From NCBI GenBank assembly GCA_000002435.2, contig CM018792.1: DNA of 64,000 nucleotides, one strand, 5' to 3'. The notes beneath the pieces are model-generated. The model was not told where the DNA came from and searched no databases. It saw only the letters and a program-made list of their open reading frames with translations. Source of the stretch: Giardia intestinalis. Lineage: Eukaryota. Each line of letters begins with the position of its first letter. Position 1 is the stretch's first letter. Of the stretch, positions 1 through 9,269 are shown in pieces. A program made the translations under genes and the position numbers.

Positions 1-1
1 C

Positions 2-1558
2 ATCCGGACGACCTTAGGCCCAACCGGGATGGACAAAATGTTGATAGATAGCATGGGCGAAGTCACAGTCACCAACGATGGTGCGACCATTCTGCAAAAG
101 CTCAACGTTGCCCATCCTGCGGCAAAGATCCTGGTGGAGCTTTCTTCCCTTCAGGATAGGGAAGTTGGTGATGGCACCACCAGTGTGGTCATCTTTGCAT
201 CGGAATTCCTTAAGGAGGCAGACGAGCTTATCGGCCGTAACATGCACCCCACAATTGTGATTGAGGGCTATCAACTGGCCCTAAAGAAAGCATTGAACTA
301 TATAGAGAAACGCCTCAAGGTCAACGCCTCTGCATTGACACGCGAGAATTTTCTGAACGTTGCCCTCACATCACTGTCTTCGAAGATTGTCAGTCTAACC
401 GCAGAGCACTTCGCCAACATCGTCGTTGACGCTGTTTTTGCCGTCAAGCACATCACAGAGGCAGGCGTCACTAAATATCCAATAAAGTCTATTGGAATTC
501 TGAAGGCTCATGGAGGCGCTGCGCGAGAGTCTTATCTTGTCAAGGGCTTTGCTCTGCACCAATCCAGGGCTTCCTTGCAGATGCCGAGTTCTGTCAGGGC
601 GGCGAAGATAGCTCTTTTGGACTTCAATCTTCAGCAGCAACGCCTTGCTGTGGGGACTCAGATTCTTATCACCGATGCATCAAAGATGGAGGGCGTGCGC
701 CAAATGGAAAACGACATAGTTAAGAAGCGCATTGAGGTGCTCCTGGCAGCAGGGGCAACGGTTGTCTTCACCACAGGAGGAATTGATGATATGGCGCAAA
801 AATACCTTGTGGAGCAGGGCATAATGGGCGTACGACGTATACCAGCAGACGACATGAAGCGCATAGCGAAGGTGACTGGTGGAGAGATACTGGGGACTCT
901 TGCAGACCTCGACGGGGAGGAGACTCTACCTCCTTCTTGCCTTGGGTTTGCCGAGGAAGTAATAGAGGAACGCATTGCTGATGATAATATCATCTTCATA
1001 CGAGGCGGGAAAGGAAGAGCGACAGGTTCCATTATTCTCCGCGGGCCAAATATCCACATGGTGGAAGAGATGGAGAGGTCCATACACGACGCTCTGTGTG
1101 CTGTCTCGAAGACCCTGGAGTCGGATGCCGTGGTCGCAGGTGGAGGGTGCATTGAAACCGCGCTGAGTGCTTATCTGGAGGAGGTCGCACGGTCTATCGA
1201 TAATAAAACACAGCTTGCTGTGATGGCCTTCTCTCGTGCCCTTTTAGCCATTCCGCGGCAACTGGCGGTGAATTCTGCCCTGGATGCAACCAAACTTATT
1301 GCAGAGCTGCGCGCAGTTCATGCCAGAGCCATACTCAAAGAAACTCCTGCTGAGGAGAAAGAAAAACTTAGGCATTATGGTCTGGATCTTCAGAACGGCG
1401 TCATATGTGACAACGTCCAGGCAGGAGTTCTGGAGCCTATGTCTAACAAACTTAAGAGTCTTTCCTTTGCGGTGGAAGCTGCTGTGACGATTCTCAGGAT
1501 AGATGACAGCATAAGATTGAATCCAGAGCAGCAGCAATCCGTCCAGGATCACCATTAA
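2..1558 (+). CDS. TCP1: T-complex protein 1 (CCT) subunit alpha, 5'-partial (gene starts upstream of window)
   Basis: The frame is open from base 2, with upstream residues ...TLGPTGMDKMLI. Downstream motifs are TNDGATIL, HPAAK, QDxEVGDGTTSVV, the GGG apical motif and GGGCIE. The protein matches CCT-alpha closely along its whole length. Confidence 0.85.
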   Translation: MRTTLGPTGMDKMLIDSMGEVTVTNDGATILQKLNVAHPAAKILVELSSLQDREVGDGTTSVVIFASEFLKEADELIGRNMHPTIVIEGYQLALKKALNYIEKRLKVNASALTRENFLNVALTSLSSKIVSLTAEHFANIVVDAVFAVKHITEAGVTKYPIKSIGILKAHGGAARESYLVKGFALHQSRASLQMPSSVRAAKIALLDFNLQQQRLAVGTQILITDASKMEGVRQMENDIVKKRIEVLLAAGATVVFTTGGIDDMAQKYLVEQGIMGVRRIPADDMKRIAKVTGGEILGTLADLDGEETLPPSCLGFAEEVIEERIADDNIIFIRGGKGRATGSIILRGPNIHMVEEMERSIHDALCAVSKTLESDAVVAGGGCIETALSAYLEEVARSIDNKTQLAVMAFSRALLAIPRQLAVNSALDATKLIAELRAVHARAILKETPAEEKEKLRHYGLDLQNGVICDNVQAGVLEPMSNKLKSLSFAVEAAVTILRIDDSIRLNPEQQQSVQDHH

Positions 1559-1625
1559 CCAGTAAACATCCTGTCTCATATGTTCTGGTCCCGACCCAGC
1601 CAAAAATCTCCAACCAAAAATTTAA

Positions 1626-3452
1626 ATGGCTACTAGAGCATACACGACCCAAGGCGGACGCAGCGATCCAGCGATTGAAACCAAGTACAAGGACCTTGAT
1701 GCAAAATACAAGCTTTTGGTCAATGATCGGAAGGCCATTCACGAGACTGCTGAAAATAAAATCGCCCAAAATAATGCCATCATAGACGCTCTCACCCAAG
1801 AAAACAAGACCTTAAAGAAGACTCTGATTTCTATTAGCAAGGCGCCACCCCCACGCCCAAATACAACTCCTGCTGGGGCTAGATTACAAAAGCAGACCCA
1901 AAAGAAGGTAGATGAGCGTGACCAGCTGAGCGCAGCATGCACAGACACAGGTATTCAAGTTCTTCGCGTGGAAGTCAACAAGCTCAAGTTGCGCCTCGAT
2001 GAGGCTAGGCATCAATATAACACCAAGAGCAACCTTTTAGAACAGCGAGAAGACGCACTAGCACTCATACAAAAGGAAATAGACAGACCAGAGCCTGTCG
2101 TGGAGGCTGGAATGGAACGAATTCGGGACTTGGAAAATAGATATGATGATGCCTGTATCAAAGAGCGAGAAGCTACGTCTGTCCGCAACACCTACAACGC
2201 AATTCTCGCGAGATTGAAAGAAGAAAAGATATATTTCAACACCCAGATATCAAACATCACTGCTATGAACAGGAATAGAGACGCGGACATCAAGCAGCTT
2301 GATACTTATCTGCAGGAGGCCATAGCAGCGTCCTCCCTCGTATACAACGAGTACGAAGAGTACAAAGAGTACTGCGAGGTCGACAAGCAATCCCGCAGAG
2401 CTGCTTTGATGCGAAGGAGACAGGAGGTAGAAGCTGCTGTAGAGGATGAGCGACGCCTTGAGAAGCAACGCCTTGAATCCCGCCTCTCAGAGGAGGCAGA
2501 ACTTAAAGCAGCTGCGGAAGCGGCTGGAAACATCAAACTTGACGAGGCGTCTAGTGACTACGACGACGATGATCTCGGAACAGTGGGGACAATCCACTGC
2601 AAGCGCCGTGCAAAACTAGAATACTTTAAGACAGTACTTTCTAAACTCAAGGAAAACACTGGAATATCAGATATCAAAGAGTTTGTTGACAAGTGCATCA
2701 ACCAGCCTATTAATAGAAGTTCTCTGCAGAACCTAACCATTGAGTTCAATCAGAAGCTAACAGGGGTTGCTCAGGATATCGCATACCACAGAACCCTGAA
2801 CTCGGACGCTCAGTTCACTGCGGACACATCCGGATCTCGTCGTGTCGTGGATCGTTTAGAGTTCAATATTAGTGAGGAAAAGTTCCGCAATTCTAGTCTT
2901 CAGCAGCGCTACAAATTTACTCTCGATATACTAGGACAGCTGGCCAGGGGAGCACAGCACATCTGTGAGCTTCTGCTCCTAGTGAAGGATGACTCTACTA
3001 TCGAAGCCAACCTCCTCCCCATGCCAATGGCGATAGACGGCGATTTACAGACTCAGGAAAAAGCTGTGGACGCTGTCATTACAAAGCTCGAGACCATACG
3101 CAACAAAATCCGCGTTTTGGCGACTGCTGTGAAGATTACAGATATACCGAGCTCCACTATGCGTATTACTCAGCGAGAACAGTGCGCTATAGTGAAGGGA
3201 GATGAGGAGCCCTTCAACCTTGTCGACGGGAGCTTAGTAAAGGCTCCAGATGAGGAGGGTGACACACAGGTCAACACAGAAATAATGATTGACTTACCGG
3301 GTGTTGGTCAGAGAAGAGACGAGTTTGACTTTACAACATCCAACCAACCAGAGGTAGACACGATCACCACCACCGAACGGTCTGCCATCAAGCGACGCTC
3401 GGAACTCTTTGCCTATCGTGCACGTCAAAAAGCACAGGAAAATTCATATTAA
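1626..3452 (+). CDS. coiled-coil protein (heptad-rich; possibly axonemal ODA-docking-complex/CCDC63-114-like)
   Basis: 608-aa ORF with an ATG at 1626 and an AT-rich initiator (AAAAATTTAAATG). It is strongly helical and charged. A LENR...KYN...L..L+.E+I.F..ISN segment resembles the CCDC63/114/151 family, judged by eye only. Confidence 0.55.
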   Translation: MATRAYTTQGGRSDPAIETKYKDLDAKYKLLVNDRKAIHETAENKIAQNNAIIDALTQENKTLKKTLISISKAPPPRPNTTPAGARLQKQTQKKVDERDQLSAACTDTGIQVLRVEVNKLKLRLDEARHQYNTKSNLLEQREDALALIQKEIDRPEPVVEAGMERIRDLENRYDDACIKEREATSVRNTYNAILARLKEEKIYFNTQISNITAMNRNRDADIKQLDTYLQEAIAASSLVYNEYEEYKEYCEVDKQSRRAALMRRRQEVEAAVEDERRLEKQRLESRLSEEAELKAAAEAAGNIKLDEASSDYDDDDLGTVGTIHCKRRAKLEYFKTVLSKLKENTGISDIKEFVDKCINQPINRSSLQNLTIEFNQKLTGVAQDIAYHRTLNSDAQFTADTSGSRRVVDRLEFNISEEKFRNSSLQQRYKFTLDILGQLARGAQHICELLLLVKDDSTIEANLLPMPMAIDGDLQTQEKAVDAVITKLETIRNKIRVLATAVKITDIPSSTMRITQREQCAIVKGDEEPFNLVDGSLVKAPDEEGDTQVNTEIMIDLPGVGQRRDEFDFTTSNQPEVDTITTTERSAIKRRSELFAYRARQKAQENSY

Positions 3453-3528
3453 TATTATGTTTCTACATTACTAATTCCATTGTGATCCAAGGATTGGTAA
3501 AATAGTAAATCTCCGATTAAAAATCTTC

Positions 3529-6500
3529 ATGGTCAAAGAGGCTAGTGCACGGAAACCGCCGCCCCGCACACAAGCACGCGAGGGGCGTGGCAGCTGGGCG
3601 GGGCTTGCTATACAAACTTACAAGCGTGATGGATCTCTGAATATTATGCTCAAGCCTATGATCCTTGGATTACTAAGCTCTATTCAAGAAATACCTCCTC
3701 TATTCTATCACCCACATTCGCAACTTACAGGAAGTCGTCGCAAAGGGATAGATCCCGAGTCCTTTTGGCTCAAGATTCAAGACATGGTGATATTCGACCC
3801 AGACCCCCAGGCCCCGTCATACTCACTCCGTGCTCCACTGATCAACAAGGATCTTGCAGCAGATCGCATAGGTGCAGGGTCAAAGTATCATTTGGCACTC
3901 CAAAAGACACTGCAGCCAGAGTATGTTAACCTGGGTCAGAGGGTTCAGCGAGAGAACATAGAAGAGATTGCTGATGCGCTCTGCTATGGACTAGAGCCAG
4001 CGTTAAGTAACTCGTTTAAATGCATTAGGATTACCGCCTCCATATGCTTAAGTGGATTTATGATTGGACTGTCTTCTACTAGTACAGCATCGAGCTACGT
4101 ACTGACCAACTACATGCAGGATAAATTTCTCAGGACCATGCTCTACGATATTTGCGATATAGTTCGCTACGTAGCATGCACAACCGTTACTAGTCTACTT
4201 TCTCCTTCCAACGCATCACCAAGTATTCTTAGCACCCTACAAGCAGTGGCAAAAAATAATATTACAGATCCTTCTCCATCCATTCGCATTTCTGGATTTG
4301 TCCTTATTATGAAAGTGTTAGGTCTCAGTAGCAGTTTAATGACCTCGGCGTCAAAGGCTGACAAAAACAAATTAGTCGCCCTCGTAGCACAAAATTGGCA
4401 ACAACACAGTCAATTGTATTGCAATCTTTTTAAGGATGAATGCCCAGAGTCAGCTGCGTTGGCCGTCCTCACTGTCCACACATTTCTTCGTCTTCTTCCT
4501 GTATTCGGGCAATCGCCTAGTGCAGATAAAATCCATGAGCTTACTAGGCATATGATGTCTGTCACATTTTCGACAGAGCGGACTCTGCGTAGAGTGGCAG
4601 GATTGGCCTATCTTGGCTTTTTCTCAGAGATTGCTAGCGACTCAAATTCAGGCACACTTGATCCAGTGACTCATTATCCACAGGCATTTTTCGATAGTGT
4701 ATATGCAAGCACGCTGAAAGAATCGCCGACAAAGGTCAGCCTTACATGCATAGCGGAGTCTCTTGTCGATATACTTGCATCACTTCCTCAAAGCAGCTTA
4801 CCTAAGGACTTCTTTTCAAGCTTGCTTTTGCATTTGGTGGACACTCTTAGTAATGAAGCCTTTCTTCATACAATTACTTTTGTATCTGCATGCCTTATGC
4901 AGTCCTACCATGGAAGGATCCCTCTATTTGATCACGTAGTTTTGCAGCCCGTGGAGAGCGTCTTCTATGATGAAGCCTTGGATACTCTTAAACATCTGCC
5001 TGAACTCTTTGCACAGGAACAGGATAAGATACCCTACCAGTATATCTACAAAGTCCTGTTGGACGAGGAGGACACTTTTCTTGCAGAGGCAAACTATACT
5101 GCTATATCCGAATGTATTCTGAGCCCTGTGCCCATTTTTCCCTCTAGCACCACTACAGATACATCACCTCAACAAGGTGCCAAGCCCAGCTTTTCATTGA
5201 CATCACTTTATCGTAGGTTTACTTCTGTTTTTGATTCGTTTAGAGCAGATAATCTGACCAACAAGCTTGAGGACGTATGTACTGCATTTCTTTATTTACT
5301 GTACCTCCTTGTTAATCAAAACAATGTCTTACCTACTGACGGCAGTCCCAATTTAATATCTGACACGTTTCGGAAAGAGCTGGAGGTGGTTTACGAAGGC
5401 CTCTTCACCACAATCTTCCCTAGCATGAATTCGGCACTCTATCATAGCATTTCTAATAACGCACTAATCTATCAGTCCAATGCATCTGACAAGGGCGATA
5501 ATTCGCTGCGACACGTAAAGTTAATTCCGAAGCTCATTGCTCAGTATTTGCAACTGAGTGGAGGTGCTGCGCAATCTCTTCTATCAACCCTCATTCGAGA
5601 GCAACTTATGAGCATCTATTCCACCTTACTTAGGCGCGAGCTTCCCTCGCTGCAATATGGCTTCTTGGCCGACATAGTGAGCTGCGTGACCCCAGCAGAC
5701 CTGACTCTTTATGATAACACAGTCTCGTTGCTCAAGCTAGACCCTTTGCACCTCCAATCAGCAGCATATTATGAGCTCGACGCACTTCTTCGGATCTTCC
5801 TTGTTTCACTGATATGGCTCAAAGGTTCCTCACGCGTATCAGAGGGGATTCTGGACAACTTTCTGTTCAACTTGCTTATGCCAATTACCTTCGTCACTCT
5901 TCGTTCCTGTATCTACCTTATGGCCGAAATAAAGAAAGGTATCCGTATCTTAGCCATTCAAAGACACCTCTTACAGCATCCCGGCCTGCTGTCTCTGATA
6001 TCTACTGTCATGCAGACATGCCTTGTCCTTTACACATCCTTCTCCGACTACTATAATAACCAAAACACAGATCGATCGAAGATGGAGAACCTTTCTGATT
6101 TGATTCTACACATGTACTTTTGTGCACACTTCCTCGGGAAAGAGTTTTTGAGTGCACGAGATGATTGCATATCTGATCTAAAACTTCTCACAACAGCAAG
6201 AAGAGCTGATACAGCTAGTCTAGTGGAACAGAATCCTAACATCACAAAATCAACATATTATCTACTTGTGAAGGCAGATAAATCTACTAAATCTTTAATA
6301 GAACTAGCCTTTCAAACAACCTTCACAATCTTTCGAGATAGTCTTTGCTATTATGTATATCTCTATGCTAATCTATTTAGTATGACTCTGGGAAACAGGT
6401 TTCTTTTGAATAACAGGTTTACCAACTTGTCCTGTCCTTCGATGTTTAGTAGCCAAGCAGGAGCCATCAAGGTCATCCCGGCATATGCAAATCAGTTCGT

Positions 6501-7257
6501 AGGCTTTTTGGAGGTGTCGAGGCTGTCTACTATGCTTCTGCAGGATGAATTTGACCTGTACAAGAGCCTTTTGCCCAATTATGGGACGATTGAGGAGATC
6601 ACCACCAAGTACTGTAGTTTGGTGTATGGGGCATATGCTACTCTTAAGAAGCACGCACGCACACGGCAGCAAGCAGCCAAAGATTACGTCATCTTATGTT
6701 CTATATTGCGGATACTTGAGGCAACTGAGGGCCTCACGTATCCTAAAGCCCTTCTGGAGGAAGCTCTTAGCCCAGAGGAAACAAGGATATTAGAGCAGAA
6801 CATCTCTCAGCTTCTCAGCGAAGACAAAGACAAAGGTAAAGACACAAGCAAAGACATAGACGGTGCTCACGAAGATCCACACGCATCATATTCCAGTCAT
6901 CAAGTTATCGCAGATGTGCCTATTCTTGGAAAGGCATACTTCTCGTCACAGCCCCCCTTAGATCTCTTCCAGACTAAGGCACCAATCACAAACGCTACTC
7001 CTAGCATTAATGAAGCGATGAGGATAGAGCCACAGAACTTGGCACCATTAAGCGATGGAGCAGAGCCTCGGACCTCCCCTTCGAATAGTTCAGTGGATAC
7101 TCCTAGCAGCGCAGGCGGGATATCTCAAAAGGATCCCTTGACAATCGATTTCTTGCTTAGCCAAGCGACGTTGGCTGCAAACAGCGGCCTACTAGATAGC
7201 CCAGACGAGCAATCTGTTAACGGTGGCCTCAGCGACCTAAGAGACATGTTAGAGTAA
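3529..7257 (+). CDS. hypothetical large alpha-helical (HEAT/ARM-like?) protein with acidic Ser-rich C-terminus
   Basis: 1242-aa uninterrupted ORF with its ATG at 3529, preceded by a 76-bp AT-rich spacer. I see no recognisable catalytic motifs. Confidence 0.55.
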   Translation: MVKEASARKPPPRTQAREGRGSWAGLAIQTYKRDGSLNIMLKPMILGLLSSIQEIPPLFYHPHSQLTGSRRKGIDPESFWLKIQDMVIFDPDPQAPSYSLRAPLINKDLAADRIGAGSKYHLALQKTLQPEYVNLGQRVQRENIEEIADALCYGLEPALSNSFKCIRITASICLSGFMIGLSSTSTASSYVLTNYMQDKFLRTMLYDICDIVRYVACTTVTSLLSPSNASPSILSTLQAVAKNNITDPSPSIRISGFVLIMKVLGLSSSLMTSASKADKNKLVALVAQNWQQHSQLYCNLFKDECPESAALAVLTVHTFLRLLPVFGQSPSADKIHELTRHMMSVTFSTERTLRRVAGLAYLGFFSEIASDSNSGTLDPVTHYPQAFFDSVYASTLKESPTKVSLTCIAESLVDILASLPQSSLPKDFFSSLLLHLVDTLSNEAFLHTITFVSACLMQSYHGRIPLFDHVVLQPVESVFYDEALDTLKHLPELFAQEQDKIPYQYIYKVLLDEEDTFLAEANYTAISECILSPVPIFPSSTTTDTSPQQGAKPSFSLTSLYRRFTSVFDSFRADNLTNKLEDVCTAFLYLLYLLVNQNNVLPTDGSPNLISDTFRKELEVVYEGLFTTIFPSMNSALYHSISNNALIYQSNASDKGDNSLRHVKLIPKLIAQYLQLSGGAAQSLLSTLIREQLMSIYSTLLRRELPSLQYGFLADIVSCVTPADLTLYDNTVSLLKLDPLHLQSAAYYELDALLRIFLVSLIWLKGSSRVSEGILDNFLFNLLMPITFVTLRSCIYLMAEIKKGIRILAIQRHLLQHPGLLSLISTVMQTCLVLYTSFSDYYNNQNTDRSKMENLSDLILHMYFCAHFLGKEFLSARDDCISDLKLLTTARRADTASLVEQNPNITKSTYYLLVKADKSTKSLIELAFQTTFTIFRDSLCYYVYLYANLFSMTLGNRFLLNNRFTNLSCPSMFSSQAGAIKVIPAYANQFVGFLEVSRLSTMLLQDEFDLYKSLLPNYGTIEEITTKYCSLVYGAYATLKKHARTRQQAAKDYVILCSILRILEATEGLTYPKALLEEALSPEETRILEQNISQLLSEDKDKGKDTSKDIDGAHEDPHASYSSHQVIADVPILGKAYFSSQPPLDLFQTKAPITNATPSINEAMRIEPQNLAPLSDGAEPRTSPSNSSVDTPSSAGGISQKDPLTIDFLLSQATLAANSGLLDSPDEQSVNGGLSDLRDMLE

Positions 7258-7273
7258 CACGAACATTTACTTC

Positions 7274-7849
7274 TTACCAACTGTCAAGGGTGTACGGATC
7301 CGGCTTGGTGACATATACAGCGGAAATAACGACGTCCTCAAGAGGTCTATCTTGCGGGTCCTTCTTAACGTTTTCAATGGTCTTGACAACAGTCATGCCA
7401 TCAACTACATGTCCAAAGACAACATGCTTGCCGTTGAGCCAGGGGGTAACCACTGTGCATATAAAGAACTGCGACCCGTTAGTATTACGGCCTCTGTTCG
7501 CCATGGAAAGTGAGCCTATCCGATGCTCCAGCTGAAAATTCTCGTCATCAAACTCCGACCCATAGATAGAGTATCCTCCACGGCCGTCCCCGCGCTCGAA
7601 GTCTCCCCCCTGAATCATGAAGTTGGCAATGACTCTGTGAAACTTAGATCCCTCGTAGCTGTATCCATGGCTTCCCTTTGAAATCTCCACAAAGTTTGTC
7701 ACTGTCTTTGGGGCCACCTTCCCAAAGAGCCCCAGAGTGATGTTACCAAGAGTAGCAGATCCCTGCCTCACTTCAAAGATTACATGGTCTGTGATCTCAG
7801 GGGACTTCTTAGCTAGCACGACGAGCAGACAGACAAAAAAGAGAAGCAT
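7274..7849 (-). CDS. peptidyl-prolyl cis-trans isomerase (cyclophilin) with N-terminal signal/anchor
   Basis: Cyclophilin signature motifs are present: [31 protein letters not shown], and [10 protein letters not shown] with HVVDGM further on. The track ORF begins at a GTG (7966). The first ATG (7847-7849) gives the hydrophobic start [15 protein letters not shown]. Confidence 0.85.
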   Translation of the reverse strand: MLLFFVCLLVVLAKKSPEITDHVIFEVRQGSATLGNITLGLFGKVAPKTVTNFVEISKGSHGYSYEGSKFHRVIANFMIQGGDFERGDGRGGYSIYGSEFDDENFQLEHRIGSLSMANRGRNTNGSQFFICTVVTPWLNGKHVVFGHVVDGMTVVKTIENVKKDPQDRPLEDVVISAVYVTKPDPYTLDSW

Positions 7850-8009
7850 CTCCCCCCAGCCTAAATTTATTACGAAAGACCTCTCTATATCATTTTTTGA
7901 TTTTGTACAGTTTTGTAGATACTTCCTCAGTAACGGCTGTGATGAAGGGCCAGAATCACTAAGCACCGTTAATAGGATAGGAATTGTATAGATGTGTACA
8001 GTGTTATTC

Positions 8010-9209
8010 TTATGCTAGTGGTAATTCTACGATATCCAGAGGAGCACTAGGGGTGAGATAGATAGAAGTGTCGCTTTCTAGCTTAGTAGCTGCGGTAGAA
8101 AAGCTTACGTTCTTTTCTTGAGAGCTAATGGAGGCGGTCTCTGGTTCCTCAAATTGTGGCCCAAATGCGGCTTCACAGCCCATAAGAGCGAGGTCTTCTG
8201 TTCCAGCAACACCGTCGCCTATTATACATGTTCGCAGGATCCGAATGGCATAATGAACAGTATTTGGCTCGCTGAGCACAAGCCCCAGGGAGCCTATCAC
8301 AGATTGAACAGATACAGCCACCAGCGAGATATCAGGCAGAACTTCTGTGGTAAATTGGATATCAAACTTAAACATCCTCTGAATGACTTGCATAATTCCA
8401 CAGACAACGAACTGCTCACAATACAGACTCCTTAGGCTTGCGAGTGTGCTTGGATATAGAACTGTAGCCATGCCGAGAACTCTAAAGTCTTGGTTAGCGG
8501 ATTTAACTGCTTGCTTGTGAAGCTGAAACATCTTGACTAGAAGCTCCTGATATGAACAGGACGCGGCCACCATTGTATCCATCAACTTCTTGTATTCGAC
8601 CAAATATGCATCTAGAGCACAGTTATAACACGATACAAGCCTGTTTGCAGTACTGAATCTACACTCTTCTGTAATCTCATTAAGCTCTTCGACTGCTTTG
8701 TTCAAAGCTGCCCGCTTCTCTGCGGCTCGTTTGAGCCCTGAATCAATCATTTTATGATGATACTTCTGTGCACCTTCATAATTGCGCATGACTGTGGAAA
8801 GTTTTGTCAGTAGAATGCTAATGCTCTCTAGGCGGGAAGCCATGTTATGGAGTCTGCTCAGTTCATTATCAATGTACAACTGACAAACCGCCGTTGCAAC
8901 AGTTTTATTTAAGCCTCCTATCACTAATTGCTCATATGCAGGCTGGGCAGCGAGTGTAGAGCTATAGACAGCACTCAGTGTCAGCATATCTTTTTCATGA
9001 GACTCCAACACGCTATATAAATGGTGGCATGCCCAAATATTGAAAGGTGTGAACGGTGGAGATGCATCTTTTTCCTTTTTGCGTTGCACCACAAGCAAGG
9101 CTTCAGAAAATAGCTTGTCTGCATGTGGCGGTCTCTGAGGCGTAACATACTCTATAGAGTCTTGGGACAGCCCTTTCTCGTCCTCGATTAGTCCTTGACT
9201 TGCCAACAT
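8010..9209 (-). CDS. hypothetical protein (helical, BAR-like?)
   Basis: 399-aa ORF with its ATG at 9207-9209. No diagnostic motif. Confidence 0.5.
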   Translation of the reverse strand: MLASQGLIEDEKGLSQDSIEYVTPQRPPHADKLFSEALLVVQRKKEKDASPPFTPFNIWACHHLYSVLESHEKDMLTLSAVYSSTLAAQPAYEQLVIGGLNKTVATAVCQLYIDNELSRLHNMASRLESISILLTKLSTVMRNYEGAQKYHHKMIDSGLKRAAEKRAALNKAVEELNEITEECRFSTANRLVSCYNCALDAYLVEYKKLMDTMVAASCSYQELLVKMFQLHKQAVKSANQDFRVLGMATVLYPSTLASLRSLYCEQFVVCGIMQVIQRMFKFDIQFTTEVLPDISLVAVSVQSVIGSLGLVLSEPNTVHYAIRILRTCIIGDGVAGTEDLALMGCEAAFGPQFEEPETASISSQEKNVSFSTAATKLESDTSIYLTPSAPLDIVELPLA

Positions 9210-9269
9210 GAATATTTAATTTCTAGTAAGGTATATTAATGTCCGAAGGATGTGAGGCTAGTATTGGTA

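Noticed and set aside
7850-7966. 39-codon N-terminal extension of cyclophilin, and similar GTG/TTG-initiated extensions at 11442..11558, 13969..13989, 22490..22498, 26607..26615, 28655..28684, 52356..52379 and 63007..63246.
   Set aside because: The first codon reported as M is GTG or TTG in the DNA. The first in-frame ATG gives sensible N-termini (signal peptide, presequence, or immediate domain start) and removes overlaps with neighbouring genes.
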